A stretch of 64,000 nucleotides of DNA from Draconibacterium sp. (GCA_011620585.1 WOYV01000111.1:81544-145543); one strand, 5' to 3'; shown: positions 9,730 through 19,693, counted from the first letter of the stretch. Program-made: numbers and translations. The notes: generated from the letters alone by a model not told the origin.

Positions 9730-9751
9730 ATGATGAGGCAATGATGAGGTA
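9730..9751 (+). promoter_or_regulatory. Tandem 11-nt direct repeat ATGATGAGG(C/T)A x2 (candidate operator) in the regulator/susC divergent intergenic region
   Basis: ATGATGAGGCA at 9730-9740 is followed immediately by ATGATGAGGTA at 9741-9751. A degenerate third copy, ATGATTAG, lies at 9722-9729. The repeat is about 70-100 nt upstream of the -7 box. Confidence 0.3.
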
Positions 9752-9822
9752 ATATTTTCTATTCATCAAGGCATGAGAATCAGAAGTGTATTTAAAAAAT
9801 GTTAATTGGGGATCAGCTGGCG

Positions 9823-9830
9823 TAACTTTG
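9823..9830 (+). promoter_or_regulatory. Bacteroidota sigma-A -7 box (TAnnTTTG) upstream of susC
   Basis: TAACTTTG matches the TAnnTTTG consensus and lies 29 nt upstream of the ATG at 9859. There is no clean TTTG -33 element. Confidence 0.45.
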
Positions 9831-9858
9831 GTTTCAAACTAATTCAAATCATAAAATT

Positions 9859-12800
9859 ATGCGAAAACCATTCATTATTTTAATTCTCCTGTTATCTGTC
9901 ACAACCTTGTTTGCCCAGGAAAAAACGACGATTTCCGGGCAGGTTGTTGATGATGCCGGAATAACATTACCAGGTGTGTCGATCCTTGAAAAAGGAACTT
10001 CCAACGGAACGATTACTGATATTGATGGAAAATACACATTGGAAGTATCAAATGGTGCTACGGTAATGTTTAGTTACATTGGGTTTCTAACCCAGGAAAT
10101 TAGTGTTGGGGTTCAAAACATCATAAACATTCAGTTACACGAAGATGTGGTGGGCCTTGAAGAGGTAGTAGTTGTAGGTTATGGTAAATTACCTGTTAAA
10201 GACCTAACATCGTCTATTGCTACTGTAAAATCAGATGAACTTGAAAAAACTCCTTCAGGACAAGCCATGCAGGCCTTGCAGGGAAAAGTTGCCGGGTTGC
10301 AGGTTGTCAGTAATGGTGCGCCGGGTGCTGCTCCAACCATTCGTGTGCGCGGAATCGGGTCGTACCCGGGAAGTAATAACGAAGCGCCACTTTATGTTGT
10401 CGACGGAATGTTTTTCGACAACATCGATTTTCTGAACATGTCGGATATTACTTCGATCTCGGTTCTGAAAGATGCTTCGGCTGCTGCTATTTACGGGGTT
10501 CGCGCTGCCAACGGTGTGGTTCTTATCGAAACAAAATCGGGAGCATTAAACCGAAAAGCTGAAATTACTTACGATGGTTACTATGGAACGCAGGTGGCAC
10601 AAAATGTTCTGAAAATGGCTAATGCCGAGCAATTTACTACCATGGCGCTCGAGTCGGGTTCGGCTCCCGATGCAGAGTATATTCTGAATACAATGCAACG
10701 TTTTGGCAGAAGCCGTGTGAATCCAAATGTACCTGATGTGAATACCGACTGGTACGACGAAATTATTCGCCCTGCCCAGATTCAAAACCACAGTGTAAAT
10801 ATCTCGGGCGGGAGTAAGAATGCTTCTTATTCGATTGGTTCGAGTTACTTCTTTCAGGAAGGTATCCTTGATATGAAAAACGAATACGAGCGTTTTAACC
10901 TTCGCTCTAAAATCGATTACAATGCAACCGACTGGTTAACCGTTGGAGCGAATATGATTTTTAGTAATGCCTTGAAATATGGAGAAGCTGGAAGTGCGTG
11001 GAACACTGCCTACTACGCTTTGCCGATTATGCCGGTATACGACGATCAAAATACCGATGCCTGGCCAACCAATTATTCAAGTGCCGAACTAATGGGATAC
11101 CGCGGTGGTAAAAACCCGTTTCCTGCAATGGATTTTACAGAAAACCGATTAAAAATCCGGAAACTGCTTGCCAACTTTTATGCCGAGATTGCTATTCTTC
11201 CCAATGTTTTAACTTTTAAAACAGCATACAATCATGCTTTTACGCAGTTAAACGAACGTAATGTTTATTTGCCGTATTTTATAACCAACAACTTCCAGCG
11301 TTCAGACGCTGAATTGACAAAGGTTTCGTCAACCTATTCAAATCAGATTTGGGATAATATTCTTACGTTCACCAATGATTTTGGCGAACATCATTTAGTG
11401 GTGATGGGGGGTACATCGTACCGCGACGAGGCCTACGAAGGACTGAACGCTACGGGTTTGAATTTCCCGGTTGATCAGGAGCAGGCATGGTACCTCGACC
11501 AATCAGCAACTACTCCCGAAGAAAGGGTAGGTGACGGTGGATTACGCCAATACGGAATATCTTATTTTGGCCGGGTATCCTACAATTACAACGATAAATA
11601 CCTGCTTTACGGTACGATGCGTGCCGATGGTAGCTCGAAATACCAACAAAAATGGGGTTATTTTCCAACTATTGGTGTAAGCTGGGTAATCACCGAAGAA
11701 AATTTCATGAAAGATGATGGAATGCTGAACTTCCTGAAGCTAAGAGCCAGCTGGGGCCGACTTGGTAACGATAAAATCCAGGCCAGCGACGGTGCATCAA
11801 CCACAGCCATTATTACTACGGCAATTGACGATGTGCTTACCAGCGGAACCATTACCACAAATACATTTTCGTCGCTCGAATGGGAGCTTACCGAAGAAAC
11901 CAACGTTGGTATTACTTCCCGTTTATTCAAAAACCGGTTGAATGTTGATGTTGACTATTATATCCGTGATACAAAAAACGCAGCCATTGCTGTTAAAATT
12001 CCATCTATCGGTGGAACCGTGTTGAAAAATGTCGGCGTCATCCGTAACTCGGGTTTCGAATTATCGATGAACTGGAGCAACAGTATTACCGAAGACTTTA
12101 GCTACAGTGTTGGGGTTAATCTATCGACATTGAAAAACGAAGTTCGCGACTTATACGGGCAACCATACATCGACGGCGGTTCGGCTGAATTCCGTCAGCG
12201 TTCGATTGTTGGTGAACCTTTGCTGGCATTTTATGGCCGCGAAGTAATAGGAGTGTACCAGAATCAGGCAGAAATTGATGCCGATCCGGTAGCAATTGCA
12301 AACGGACTTGTTCCCGGTGATTTTAAATTCAAAGACCAGAATAACGATGACATTATTGATGACGACGACCGGGTTGTACTTGGTTCGTATTTCCCAACAT
12401 TTATGTACGGCGCCAATCTTGGCATCACCTACAAAAACTTTGATTTCTCGACAAGCATTGCCGGTCAGTCGGGAAATAAAATCCTGAACCGCAAACGTGG
12501 CGAAATTATCTGGACCAACGATGGAAATATGGACGCCGATCTGGCTGTTAATCGCTGGCATGGCGAAGGTACCTCAAATTCATATCCTTCTTCGGCAGGG
12601 TTACGAAAAGGCTGGAACCAGAAGATGAGCGATTTCTTTGTTGAAGATGGTTCTTTCTTCCGTATCCAGAATATTCAGGTGGGTTATACAATCAAGGGAA
12701 AACAGCTGTTTGGCGAAAAATTCCCGAATGCAAGAATATACCTGACTGCTGATCGTCCATTGACCATATTTAAATACAATGGTTTCAGTCCCGAAGTTGC

Positions 12801-12870
12801 CGATGGAATTGACAGACAGACTTATCCAATCCCGGCTGTATATACCGTTGGCTTAAACGTTAAATTTTAA
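9859..12870 (+). CDS. susC: SusC/RagA family TonB-linked outer membrane protein
   Basis: 1003 aa. Signal peptide, then a carboxypeptidase-regulatory-like domain (ISGQVVDDAGITLPGVSILEKGTSNGTITDIDGKYTL) and a plug (AAIYGVRAANGVVLIETK). C-terminal barrel ending VGLNVKF. No STN domain. Confidence 0.95.
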   Translation: MRKPFIILILLLSVTTLFAQEKTTISGQVVDDAGITLPGVSILEKGTSNGTITDIDGKYTLEVSNGATVMFSYIGFLTQEISVGVQNIINIQLHEDVVGLEEVVVVGYGKLPVKDLTSSIATVKSDELEKTPSGQAMQALQGKVAGLQVVSNGAPGAAPTIRVRGIGSYPGSNNEAPLYVVDGMFFDNIDFLNMSDITSISVLKDASAAAIYGVRAANGVVLIETKSGALNRKAEITYDGYYGTQVAQNVLKMANAEQFTTMALESGSAPDAEYILNTMQRFGRSRVNPNVPDVNTDWYDEIIRPAQIQNHSVNISGGSKNASYSIGSSYFFQEGILDMKNEYERFNLRSKIDYNATDWLTVGANMIFSNALKYGEAGSAWNTAYYALPIMPVYDDQNTDAWPTNYSSAELMGYRGGKNPFPAMDFTENRLKIRKLLANFYAEIAILPNVLTFKTAYNHAFTQLNERNVYLPYFITNNFQRSDAELTKVSSTYSNQIWDNILTFTNDFGEHHLVVMGGTSYRDEAYEGLNATGLNFPVDQEQAWYLDQSATTPEERVGDGGLRQYGISYFGRVSYNYNDKYLLYGTMRADGSSKYQQKWGYFPTIGVSWVITEENFMKDDGMLNFLKLRASWGRLGNDKIQASDGASTTAIITTAIDDVLTSGTITTNTFSSLEWELTEETNVGITSRLFKNRLNVDVDYYIRDTKNAAIAVKIPSIGGTVLKNVGVIRNSGFELSMNWSNSITEDFSYSVGVNLSTLKNEVRDLYGQPYIDGGSAEFRQRSIVGEPLLAFYGREVIGVYQNQAEIDADPVAIANGLVPGDFKFKDQNNDDIIDDDDRVVLGSYFPTFMYGANLGITYKNFDFSTSIAGQSGNKILNRKRGEIIWTNDGNMDADLAVNRWHGEGTSNSYPSSAGLRKGWNQKMSDFFVEDGSFFRIQNIQVGYTIKGKQLFGEKFPNARIYLTADRPLTIFKYNGFSPEVADGIDRQTYPIPAVYTVGLNVKF

Positions 12871-12880
12871 ACGCTAAAAA

Positions 12881-14425
12881 ATGAGAATCATGAAACCAAT
12901 AAAAAATATTTTCAAAATAACGTTTACAATCGCAGCGCTGCTCTTGGCAACTGCGTGTCACAATCTGTTGGATGAGCCTGCCGAAAACCGTTCATTTACA
13001 GGTGAGATAGATTATACAAACACTTCGGATATGATTCAGCCGCTCATTGGCGCTTACGCCGATTTGTACGCAAGAGGATGGGAAGACTTTCCTTTGATTG
13101 CTGTTCGGGGCGACGATGTAAATGCTGGTGGTTTAGGCGATCAGCAAGACTACGCCGAAACCGACAAGTACAACTATAACAAGGATTACTGGATGTACAA
13201 CTCGATGTGGCAGAATTTTTATAAAGACATTTTTACTGCACACTCGGCCATGGAACAAATCGAACTGTATCGCGAAAATGCTACGGGTTCAACCAATGCC
13301 GACCAATACATTGCAGAAGCCAAAACGATTCGTGCCTGGTTGCTTTTCGAGTTGTCGAGAGTTTGGGGTTCAGTTTTTATTACCACCAGCTCCGATCCTT
13401 CGGATCTTTTGGTAGCCGGGTTATCAACTAAAGATGAAGTAATGCAGCATATTTCGGATCAAATGGACGAAGCGGTCCCATATCTTCCGAATATGCACCC
13501 AAACGAAAGGCCCGATATTCCGGGAGGGGTAACTCGTTACACAGCCCTGGCTATTAAAGCCCTGGCTAATCTTGAATTGAAAAACTACCAGGCAGTTGCC
13601 GATGCAACGAGCCAGATTATCAGCTCGGGTGAATTCGAACTCGAACCTGATTTTTACGAACTCTTTAAAATAAAGGGTAAGCTAAACAGCGAAAACCTGA
13701 TGGAACTACAGTACTCCGATTTCGGACTAGGGTCGGGTGATCAGAAAAGCTATCTTTTTGCATTTTTTGGCCCGCAAGGCTGGACACCCGTAGTTGACGG
13801 AGCCGGAAGTGGATGGGGTTTTTACGAACCAAGCTTGAAATACATCAAATTTATGCTCGACCGCGGCGAAACCGTTCGTCTCGAAACCAGCGTATTGTTT
13901 ACCAATCGTGGTATTGCTGAAATCAAAAAAGATGCAAATTATGCCACACTCCCTTCCTGGATTTCGAACACTACCCGTTCGGGGGATGTGATTAACGACT
14001 ATGCACGTGCCCTGTTTGCCAGTGGAAAGCATTATTTGCCATCCAATCAGTTAACACCCGGCCGAAAAGATTATGGAACAAATAAAAACTTTACCTGTAT
14101 CCGATATGCCGAAATTTTACTGATGCATGCCGAAGCATTAACGCAGGGCGCCAGCGGCTCGTCAATCAGTGCCGATCAGGCAGTAAACCTGGTTCGCGAA
14201 CGTGCCGGACTCGATCCAATTTCGGGAGTCACCAACGCACAGGTGATGGATGAAAAATTTGCAGAGTTGGGGATGGAATGGGGAACCCGTTATTACGATA
14301 TGATCCGTTTGAACAAGCTAAGTGAACTGAGTTATGATGGCAGGACCTTTTCTGCCGACAAGACTTTCCTGCCTTATCCGCAGAATCAGGTCGACCAGTT
14401 ACCGGCTTTGGGTGATAGCAATTAA
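12881..14425 (+). CDS. susD: SusD/RagB family nutrient-binding outer membrane lipoprotein
   Basis: Starts 10 nt after susC. Lipoprotein Cys (LLATACHN). RagB/SusD-like helical core (RAWLLFELSRVWG, CIRYAEILLMHAEAL, ERAGLDP, EWGTRYYDMIRL). An alternative start exists at 12890. Confidence 0.9.
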   Translation: MRIMKPIKNIFKITFTIAALLLATACHNLLDEPAENRSFTGEIDYTNTSDMIQPLIGAYADLYARGWEDFPLIAVRGDDVNAGGLGDQQDYAETDKYNYNKDYWMYNSMWQNFYKDIFTAHSAMEQIELYRENATGSTNADQYIAEAKTIRAWLLFELSRVWGSVFITTSSDPSDLLVAGLSTKDEVMQHISDQMDEAVPYLPNMHPNERPDIPGGVTRYTALAIKALANLELKNYQAVADATSQIISSGEFELEPDFYELFKIKGKLNSENLMELQYSDFGLGSGDQKSYLFAFFGPQGWTPVVDGAGSGWGFYEPSLKYIKFMLDRGETVRLETSVLFTNRGIAEIKKDANYATLPSWISNTTRSGDVINDYARALFASGKHYLPSNQLTPGRKDYGTNKNFTCIRYAEILLMHAEALTQGASGSSISADQAVNLVRERAGLDPISGVTNAQVMDEKFAELGMEWGTRYYDMIRLNKLSELSYDGRTFSADKTFLPYPQNQVDQLPALGDSN

Positions 14426-14454
14426 ACGAATCGTAAACTTAAAAATACTGACAA

Positions 14455-16233
14455 ATGAAAATACTTAGAAATATATTAACAGGATGGATCGCATTCTTAT
14501 TGATTTCTTCCTGTAACCAGGGGATCGATCCGATAAGCCAGATCGACCCGGGAGCCGACGAATCGGCGCCTGCAGTTACCGTAAATTATCCGGCTGAAGG
14601 AACTGAATTACAACTCCCTGAAGTTGTTTCTTCCATTACCATCGACTTTGAGGTGACAGATGATATTGAAATAGGAAGTGTAAAAGTTCTTTACGATGGA
14701 AGTGAAATTGCAAGTTACTCCGATTTTAGAGATTATCGTCGCTTAATTGTTGATACCTTGAAATATACAAATGTAGTAGATGGGGCACATACCATTTCGG
14801 TGGTAGCTACCGACCTCGAAAACAAGATTACAACTTTAGAAGTGAATTTCGAGAAAGTACCTCCTTACGTGCCAAAATACCCCGGTGAAGTTCTGTACCT
14901 GCCTTTTGAAGGAGATTACATGAACATGGTTAATTTCCAGAATGCAACAATAGTAGGTACTCCCGGGTTCTCAAATGAGCATTTGGGCGGTTTGAAGTCA
15001 TACAAGGGAGCATCTGGTTCGTACCTTACATTTCCAACAGACGGTTTGCAAAACAATGAGTTCACAGCCATTTTCTGGATGAAAATCAATGCAGTTCCCG
15101 ACCGTGCAGGCATTCTGGTTATGGGACCTGAAGATGCTGCCAATCCAACGGCTCAAAATGTTCGCACCAGCGGTTTTCGTTTCTTCCGCGAAAATGCAGG
15201 GGGCAAACAAAGGTTTAAACTGAACGCAGGCAACGGAACCGACGAATCATGGTTCGATGGCGGAGCTGCCGCCGATGTTGATCCTACCATTGACCAGTGG
15301 GTACATTTTGCCTTCACGATTACACCAAGCGATGCAAAAGTATACATCGACGGACAAATTGTAAAAGAAGGTGCATTTACAGGAATCGACTGGACCGGTT
15401 GTGACGTACTTTCGATTATGTCGGGAGCGCCCCGTTTTACCGGATGGAACCACCTGTCGGATGAAAGCCTGATGGATGAATTACGTATTTTCAGCCGCGC
15501 ACTTTCGCAGGAAGAAATACAAAGTATCATCACCGAAGAATCAGGTAAAAACTTTACATACGTACCAAAATACGATGGCGAGATTTTCTACATGCCTTTC
15601 GAAGATTCGTATCTCGAATATGTTTCTCAAATTGAAGCAGGCGCTGTTGGAACTCCAGGATTTGCTGAAGGAAAACAGGGAAAAGCATATGCCGGCGCTG
15701 CTGATGCCTACCTAACTTTCCCAACCGATGCTTTAAAAAACAGTCAGTTTAGTGCTGCTTTCTGGATGAAAGTGAATGCTACTCCCGACCGTGCCGGTAT
15801 CCTGGTGATGGGGCCCGAAGACGTGGCTAATCCGGATGCACAAAACCTTCGAACCAGTGGCTTCCGTTTCTTCCGCGAAAATGCGGGAGGTATGCAACGT
15901 TTTAAACTAAATGCCGGTAACGGAACCGCCGATTCGTGGTTCGATGGCGGGGCCAATGCCGATGTAGATCCTACTACCGGAGAATGGGTGCATTTCGCTT
16001 ACTCTATTTCGGGCGCCGAATGTGTGGTTTACATTAACGGAGAAGTGGCTGCACAAGGCGCTTTTGGTGGAATCGACTGGACCGGCTGCGATGTGCTTTC
16101 GATCATGTCGGGGGCGCCGCGTTTTACCGGCTGGAACCATTTATCGGATGCCAGTCTCATGGATGAACTTCGTATTTTTAATAAGGCACTTACACAAACC
16201 GATGTTCAGCAGATTATTGCAGATGAGCAATAG
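14455..16233 (+). CDS. Surface lipoprotein with an N-terminal Ig-like domain and two tandem LamG/concanavalin-like domains (candidate surface glycan-binding protein)
   Basis: Lipoprotein signal LLISSCNQG. It occupies the third position after susCD, which is typical of SGBPs. There are two highly similar jelly-roll-like copies (see the repeat feature). Confidence 0.7.
   Translation: MKILRNILTGWIAFLLISSCNQGIDPISQIDPGADESAPAVTVNYPAEGTELQLPEVVSSITIDFEVTDDIEIGSVKVLYDGSEIASYSDFRDYRRLIVDTLKYTNVVDGAHTISVVATDLENKITTLEVNFEKVPPYVPKYPGEVLYLPFEGDYMNMVNFQNATIVGTPGFSNEHLGGLKSYKGASGSYLTFPTDGLQNNEFTAIFWMKINAVPDRAGILVMGPEDAANPTAQNVRTSGFRFFRENAGGKQRFKLNAGNGTDESWFDGGAAADVDPTIDQWVHFAFTITPSDAKVYIDGQIVKEGAFTGIDWTGCDVLSIMSGAPRFTGWNHLSDESLMDELRIFSRALSQEEIQSIITEESGKNFTYVPKYDGEIFYMPFEDSYLEYVSQIEAGAVGTPGFAEGKQGKAYAGAADAYLTFPTDALKNSQFSAAFWMKVNATPDRAGILVMGPEDVANPDAQNLRTSGFRFFRENAGGMQRFKLNAGNGTADSWFDGGANADVDPTTGEWVHFAYSISGAECVVYINGEVAAQGAFGGIDWTGCDVLSIMSGAPRFTGWNHLSDASLMDELRIFNKALTQTDVQQIIADEQ
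14866..16230 (+). repeat. In-frame tandem duplication of a ~693-nt (231-aa) LamG-like module
   Basis: Copy 1 starts YVPKYPGEVLYLPFEG at 14866. Copy 2 starts YVPKYDGEIFYMPFED at 15559. Long identical blocks are shared: PDRAGILVMGPED, RTSGFRFFRENAGG, RFKLNAGNGT and GIDWTGCDVLSIMSGAPRFTGWNHLSD. Confidence 0.9.
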
Positions 16234-16282
16234 TGGATTCGTTTTTATTTAATAGTTTAGTTAGGTTTTTCTAACAGTTCAG

Positions 16283-16308
16283 AGGCTGCCTGGGAGACCG
16301 GGCAGCCT
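16283..16308 (+). terminator. Intra-PUL hairpin between the LamG lipoprotein and the first GH144-like gene (partial terminator/attenuator candidate)
   Basis: AGGCTGCC (16283-16290) pairs with GGCAGCCT (16301-16308) across a 10-nt loop. It is followed by TCTTCT rather than a strong T-tract. Confidence 0.4.
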
Positions 16309-16338
16309 TCTTCTAAACTGGCAATTCATATTACCGGG

Positions 16339-18318
16339 ATGAAATTTTTATCACAGATAGGATATTTATTAACGATCGTTTTTTTTGGGTTTTCGTGCTC
16401 AAAGGATAATTCATCGCAACCCATTCAGGATTTTGAATTGCTTTCGGTAAATGTTGGGATTACGATGTTATCGCTAACCGGCGAAAATACCGATCTTCCC
16501 ATCGACCGGAACATTATAATTCGCTTTACAGCAGCATTGGATACCAATACGGCAGTATCAAATATTGTTTTAAAAGATGACCGGGATACACCAGTACCTG
16601 TTTCGCGTTCGTACATGGATGACGACAAAACTGTAACATTAACTCCCGGTAATAACCTGGCTGAAAACACGCTTTACACAATTCATTTCGAGGGAGGGTT
16701 AAAAGGGCGCGACGGGCAATCTTTTCAGGCAAGTTCTGTTCGTTTTCATACCATCGTAAATCCACTCGAATTAAAGGTTTTTACCATCGACGGGCAAGCG
16801 GTTTATCCTGGGGTAAGAATGCAAAATATTGCTCTGAACCCTGAGATCAGGATGGAATTTTCGCATAGTTTGACGGTTGAAAATCTATTGTCGAAAATAC
16901 AATTCGAAAGTAATGGCGCTAGGCTGTCGGTCGACCTAAGCGCTTCCACAAACAATACAGTTTTTATTGCCAAGCCAACAGAAGATTTATTAGGGTTTTC
17001 TCATTATAATTTTTTGATATCGGAGGAACTTACTTCCGAAAAGGGGAACTCTTTTGAAGGTTTTGAATCTGATTTTTATACTCAGGCCGATTCCACGCCA
17101 AAGTTTCCTTTGCTAAGCGACGACAAACTCCTGACTTTAATTCAGGAACAAACATTCCGGTATTTCTGGGATTTCGGACACCCGGTTTCAGGGTTGGCCC
17201 GCGAACGAAATACTTCGGGCGAAACAGTTACTTCAGGAGGTTCAGGTTTCGGTCTGATGGCAATTATTGTGGGTATTGAACGTGGATTTATCACACGTGC
17301 TGAAGGGATCGAACGCTTGCAAACCATTATTGATTTCCTGGGGCAGGCCGATCGGTTTCACGGAGCCTGGCCGCACTGGTTAAACGGAAGCACCGGCGAA
17401 GCTCTTCCTTTCAGCCTGAAAGATAATGGGGGCGATCTGGTGGAAACATCCTACCTGGCTGCCGGGTTGTTGGCCGTTCGTCAGTACCTCAATTTGAGTG
17501 ATCCGGGTGAAAATGCACTGATCGCAAAAATTAACGATTTATGGAACTCGATTGAATGGGATTGGTACACGCGTGGCGGACAAAACGTTTTGTACTGGCA
17601 CTGGTCGCCTAATTACGAGTGGGACATGAACATGAAAATCCAGGGGTATAACGAAGCGCTGATCACCTACATAATGGCCGCTTCATCGACCACTCACACC
17701 ATCCCGGCCGAAGTTTATCATCAGGGCTGGGCGCGAAATGGCTCGATTGTAAATGGAAAAGAATTTTATGGAATTGAATTACCGGTAGGTTACGACTATG
17801 GTGGCCCGATGTTTTTCGCACATTATTCATTTTTAGGAATCGATCCCAGGAATCTTTCCGATCAGTATGCCAACTATTGGGAACAGAACCAGGACCACAC
17901 ACTTATTAACCACGCACATTGTGTCGGGAACCCCGGTCATTTTGTGGGATACAGCAACGATTGCTGGGGACTCACAGCCAGCGATAACCCCCAGGGATAT
18001 TCGGCGCATTCGCCAACAAACGATCTCGGAGTAATAAGTCCGACGGCTGCTGTTTCCTCGCTTCCTTACACCCCTGAAGGATCGATGGATGCCATTCGTT
18101 TTTTCTATTACACGCTGGGTGACCGGTTATGGGGAGAATATGGTTTTTATGATGCGTTTAACATAACCGAAAGTTGGACAGCCGATTCATTTCTTGCTAT
18201 CGACCAGGGGCCAATGATTATCATGATCGAAAATTACCGTACCGGACTGATCTGGGATTTACTGATGTCGAGTCCCGAAGTACAGGCTGGTTTAACCAAA
18301 TTAGGCTTTACATTTTAA
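16339..18318 (+). CDS. GH144-like ('putative glucoamylase' PF10091-type, (alpha/alpha)6) lipoprotein with N-terminal Ig-like domains; candidate endo-beta-1,2-glucanase
   Basis: Lipoprotein signal FGFSCSKDN. About 250 aa of SbsA-type Ig-like region, then a catalytic-type region FRYFWDFGHPVSGLARER...GGSGFGLMAIIVGIERGFITR...FHGAWPHWLNG...GGDLVETSYL...YWHWSPNYEW...AIDQGPMIIMIENYRTGLIWDL. The family call is from memory of NCBI 'glucoamylase family protein'/GH144 members. Confidence 0.6.
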   Translation: MKFLSQIGYLLTIVFFGFSCSKDNSSQPIQDFELLSVNVGITMLSLTGENTDLPIDRNIIIRFTAALDTNTAVSNIVLKDDRDTPVPVSRSYMDDDKTVTLTPGNNLAENTLYTIHFEGGLKGRDGQSFQASSVRFHTIVNPLELKVFTIDGQAVYPGVRMQNIALNPEIRMEFSHSLTVENLLSKIQFESNGARLSVDLSASTNNTVFIAKPTEDLLGFSHYNFLISEELTSEKGNSFEGFESDFYTQADSTPKFPLLSDDKLLTLIQEQTFRYFWDFGHPVSGLARERNTSGETVTSGGSGFGLMAIIVGIERGFITRAEGIERLQTIIDFLGQADRFHGAWPHWLNGSTGEALPFSLKDNGGDLVETSYLAAGLLAVRQYLNLSDPGENALIAKINDLWNSIEWDWYTRGGQNVLYWHWSPNYEWDMNMKIQGYNEALITYIMAASSTTHTIPAEVYHQGWARNGSIVNGKEFYGIELPVGYDYGGPMFFAHYSFLGIDPRNLSDQYANYWEQNQDHTLINHAHCVGNPGHFVGYSNDCWGLTASDNPQGYSAHSPTNDLGVISPTAAVSSLPYTPEGSMDAIRFFYYTLGDRLWGEYGFYDAFNITESWTADSFLAIDQGPMIIMIENYRTGLIWDLLMSSPEVQAGLTKLGFTF

Positions 18319-18322
18319 TATC

Positions 18323-19693
18323 ATGAAGAAACTAAATCAACTTATATTTTTCCAGGGAATCCTGTTCATTACCATGCTGAGTTCCTGTCAATCAAATAAA
18401 ACAGACAATGTAACCCGAAGTGTCGATCAAGAGAAGGTGTTAGAAGACTCGCTGTTGAACCTGGTTCAATACCAAACTTTTGAGTATTTCTGGGATGGGG
18501 CAGAACCCAATTCCGGGATGGCGCGTGAGAGGATCCATTTGGATAACGTTTATCCGCAAAACGACCAGGATGTTGTTACACTTGGCGGTTCAGGTTTTGG
18601 GGTGATGGCTATTTTGGTGGGTATCGAGCGTGGGTTTATTACCCGCGAACAGGCCTTGGAACGATATCAGAGAATTGTTGATTACCTGGGCAAAGCCGAT
18701 CGTTTTCATGGGGCCTGGCCACACTGGCTTGATGGGCATACTGGCAAAGTGCATCCTTTTAGTCAAAAGGATAATGGCGGCGACCTGGTGGAAACGGCTT
18801 TTATGATACAGGGATTGTTAACCGTTGCGGAATATTTTAAAAACGGTAATGAAGCCGAACAAAAACTGGCAAACGATATTCAGCAACTGTGGGAAGAAGT
18901 AGAATGGAACTGGTACACCAAGGGCGAAGATGTGTTGTACTGGCATTGGTCGCCCGATTATGGGTGGGAAATGAACTTCCCGGTTGGAGGATATAACGAA
19001 TGTTTGATTATGTATGTGTTGGCAGCTTCATCGCCCACCTATCCAATCGAAAAGGCTGTTTACGACAAGGGTTGGGCGTTCGGTGGGGCAATTGCGAACG
19101 ATACCGTTTATTACGGATTAAATACGATTCTTAATTTTTATGAACATTCCGACGATCCGACCGGTCCGCTGTTTTGGGCGCATTATTCGTATCTGGGCTT
19201 AAATCCAAAAGGGTTAAAAGACAAATACGCCGATTACTGGAAGCTGAATGTGAACCAGGCGCTCATTCATTACCGTTACGCTCTGGATAATCCGAAAGGG
19301 TTTAAAGGTTATGGCGAAAAGCAGTGGGGTTTTACCTCAAGCTACTCGATGAACGGCTATGCCGGTCATCATCCCGGCGATTCGGACATGGGAGTAATCT
19401 CGCCCACAGCGGCGCTTTCTTCTTTCCCTTATACTCCAGTTGAATCGATGCAGTTTTTAAAATATCTGTACCTCGAAGCCGATTCGCTGATTGGAAAATA
19501 CGGACCGTACGACGCCTACAGCCAATCCAATAATTGGGTTTTGCCCCGTTACCTGGCTATCGATCAGGGGCCAATTCCGGTGATGATCGAAAACTACCGG
19601 AGCGGATTGTTGTGGAACCTGTTTATGAAAAACAAAGACCTGCAATCGGGATTACAAAAACTGGGTTTTCAAAGCCCGTCTTTAGATGAGTAA
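18323..19693 (+). CDS. GH144-like ('putative glucoamylase' PF10091-type) lipoprotein, paralogue of the upstream gene without the Ig-like region
   Basis: Lipoprotein signal MLSSCQSN. Same conserved blocks as 16339-18318: FEYFWDGAEPNSGMARER, GGSGFGVMAILVGIERGFITR, FHGAWPHWLDG, GGDLVETAFM, YWHWSPDYGW and AIDQGPIPVMIENYRSGLLWNL. Confidence 0.6.
   Translation: MKKLNQLIFFQGILFITMLSSCQSNKTDNVTRSVDQEKVLEDSLLNLVQYQTFEYFWDGAEPNSGMARERIHLDNVYPQNDQDVVTLGGSGFGVMAILVGIERGFITREQALERYQRIVDYLGKADRFHGAWPHWLDGHTGKVHPFSQKDNGGDLVETAFMIQGLLTVAEYFKNGNEAEQKLANDIQQLWEEVEWNWYTKGEDVLYWHWSPDYGWEMNFPVGGYNECLIMYVLAASSPTYPIEKAVYDKGWAFGGAIANDTVYYGLNTILNFYEHSDDPTGPLFWAHYSYLGLNPKGLKDKYADYWKLNVNQALIHYRYALDNPKGFKGYGEKQWGFTSSYSMNGYAGHHPGDSDMGVISPTAALSSFPYTPVESMQFLKYLYLEADSLIGKYGPYDAYSQSNNWVLPRYLAIDQGPIPVMIENYRSGLLWNLFMKNKDLQSGLQKLGFQSPSLDE

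Noticed and set aside
9560-9769. 69-aa minus-strand ORF in the regulator/susC intergenic region
   Set aside because: It is an AT-rich promoter region and the translation is Ile/Leu/Asn/Phe-biased with no motifs. It is more likely regulatory DNA.
12151-12561. 136-aa minus-strand ORF inside susC
   Set aside because: It is antisense to a clearly conserved TonB-linked barrel-coding sequence.
14916-16140. Multiple 68-126-aa minus-strand ORFs inside the LamG lipoprotein gene, occurring in similar pairs
   Set aside because: Their pairing simply reflects the tandem duplication of the plus-strand coding sequence.
14866-16230. The LamG duplication as a diversity-generating retroelement template/variable repeat pair
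   Set aside because: Differences between the copies involve all base types (a>c, t>c, t>g, a>g and others) rather than adenine-specific changes. No reverse transcriptase gene is present in the window.
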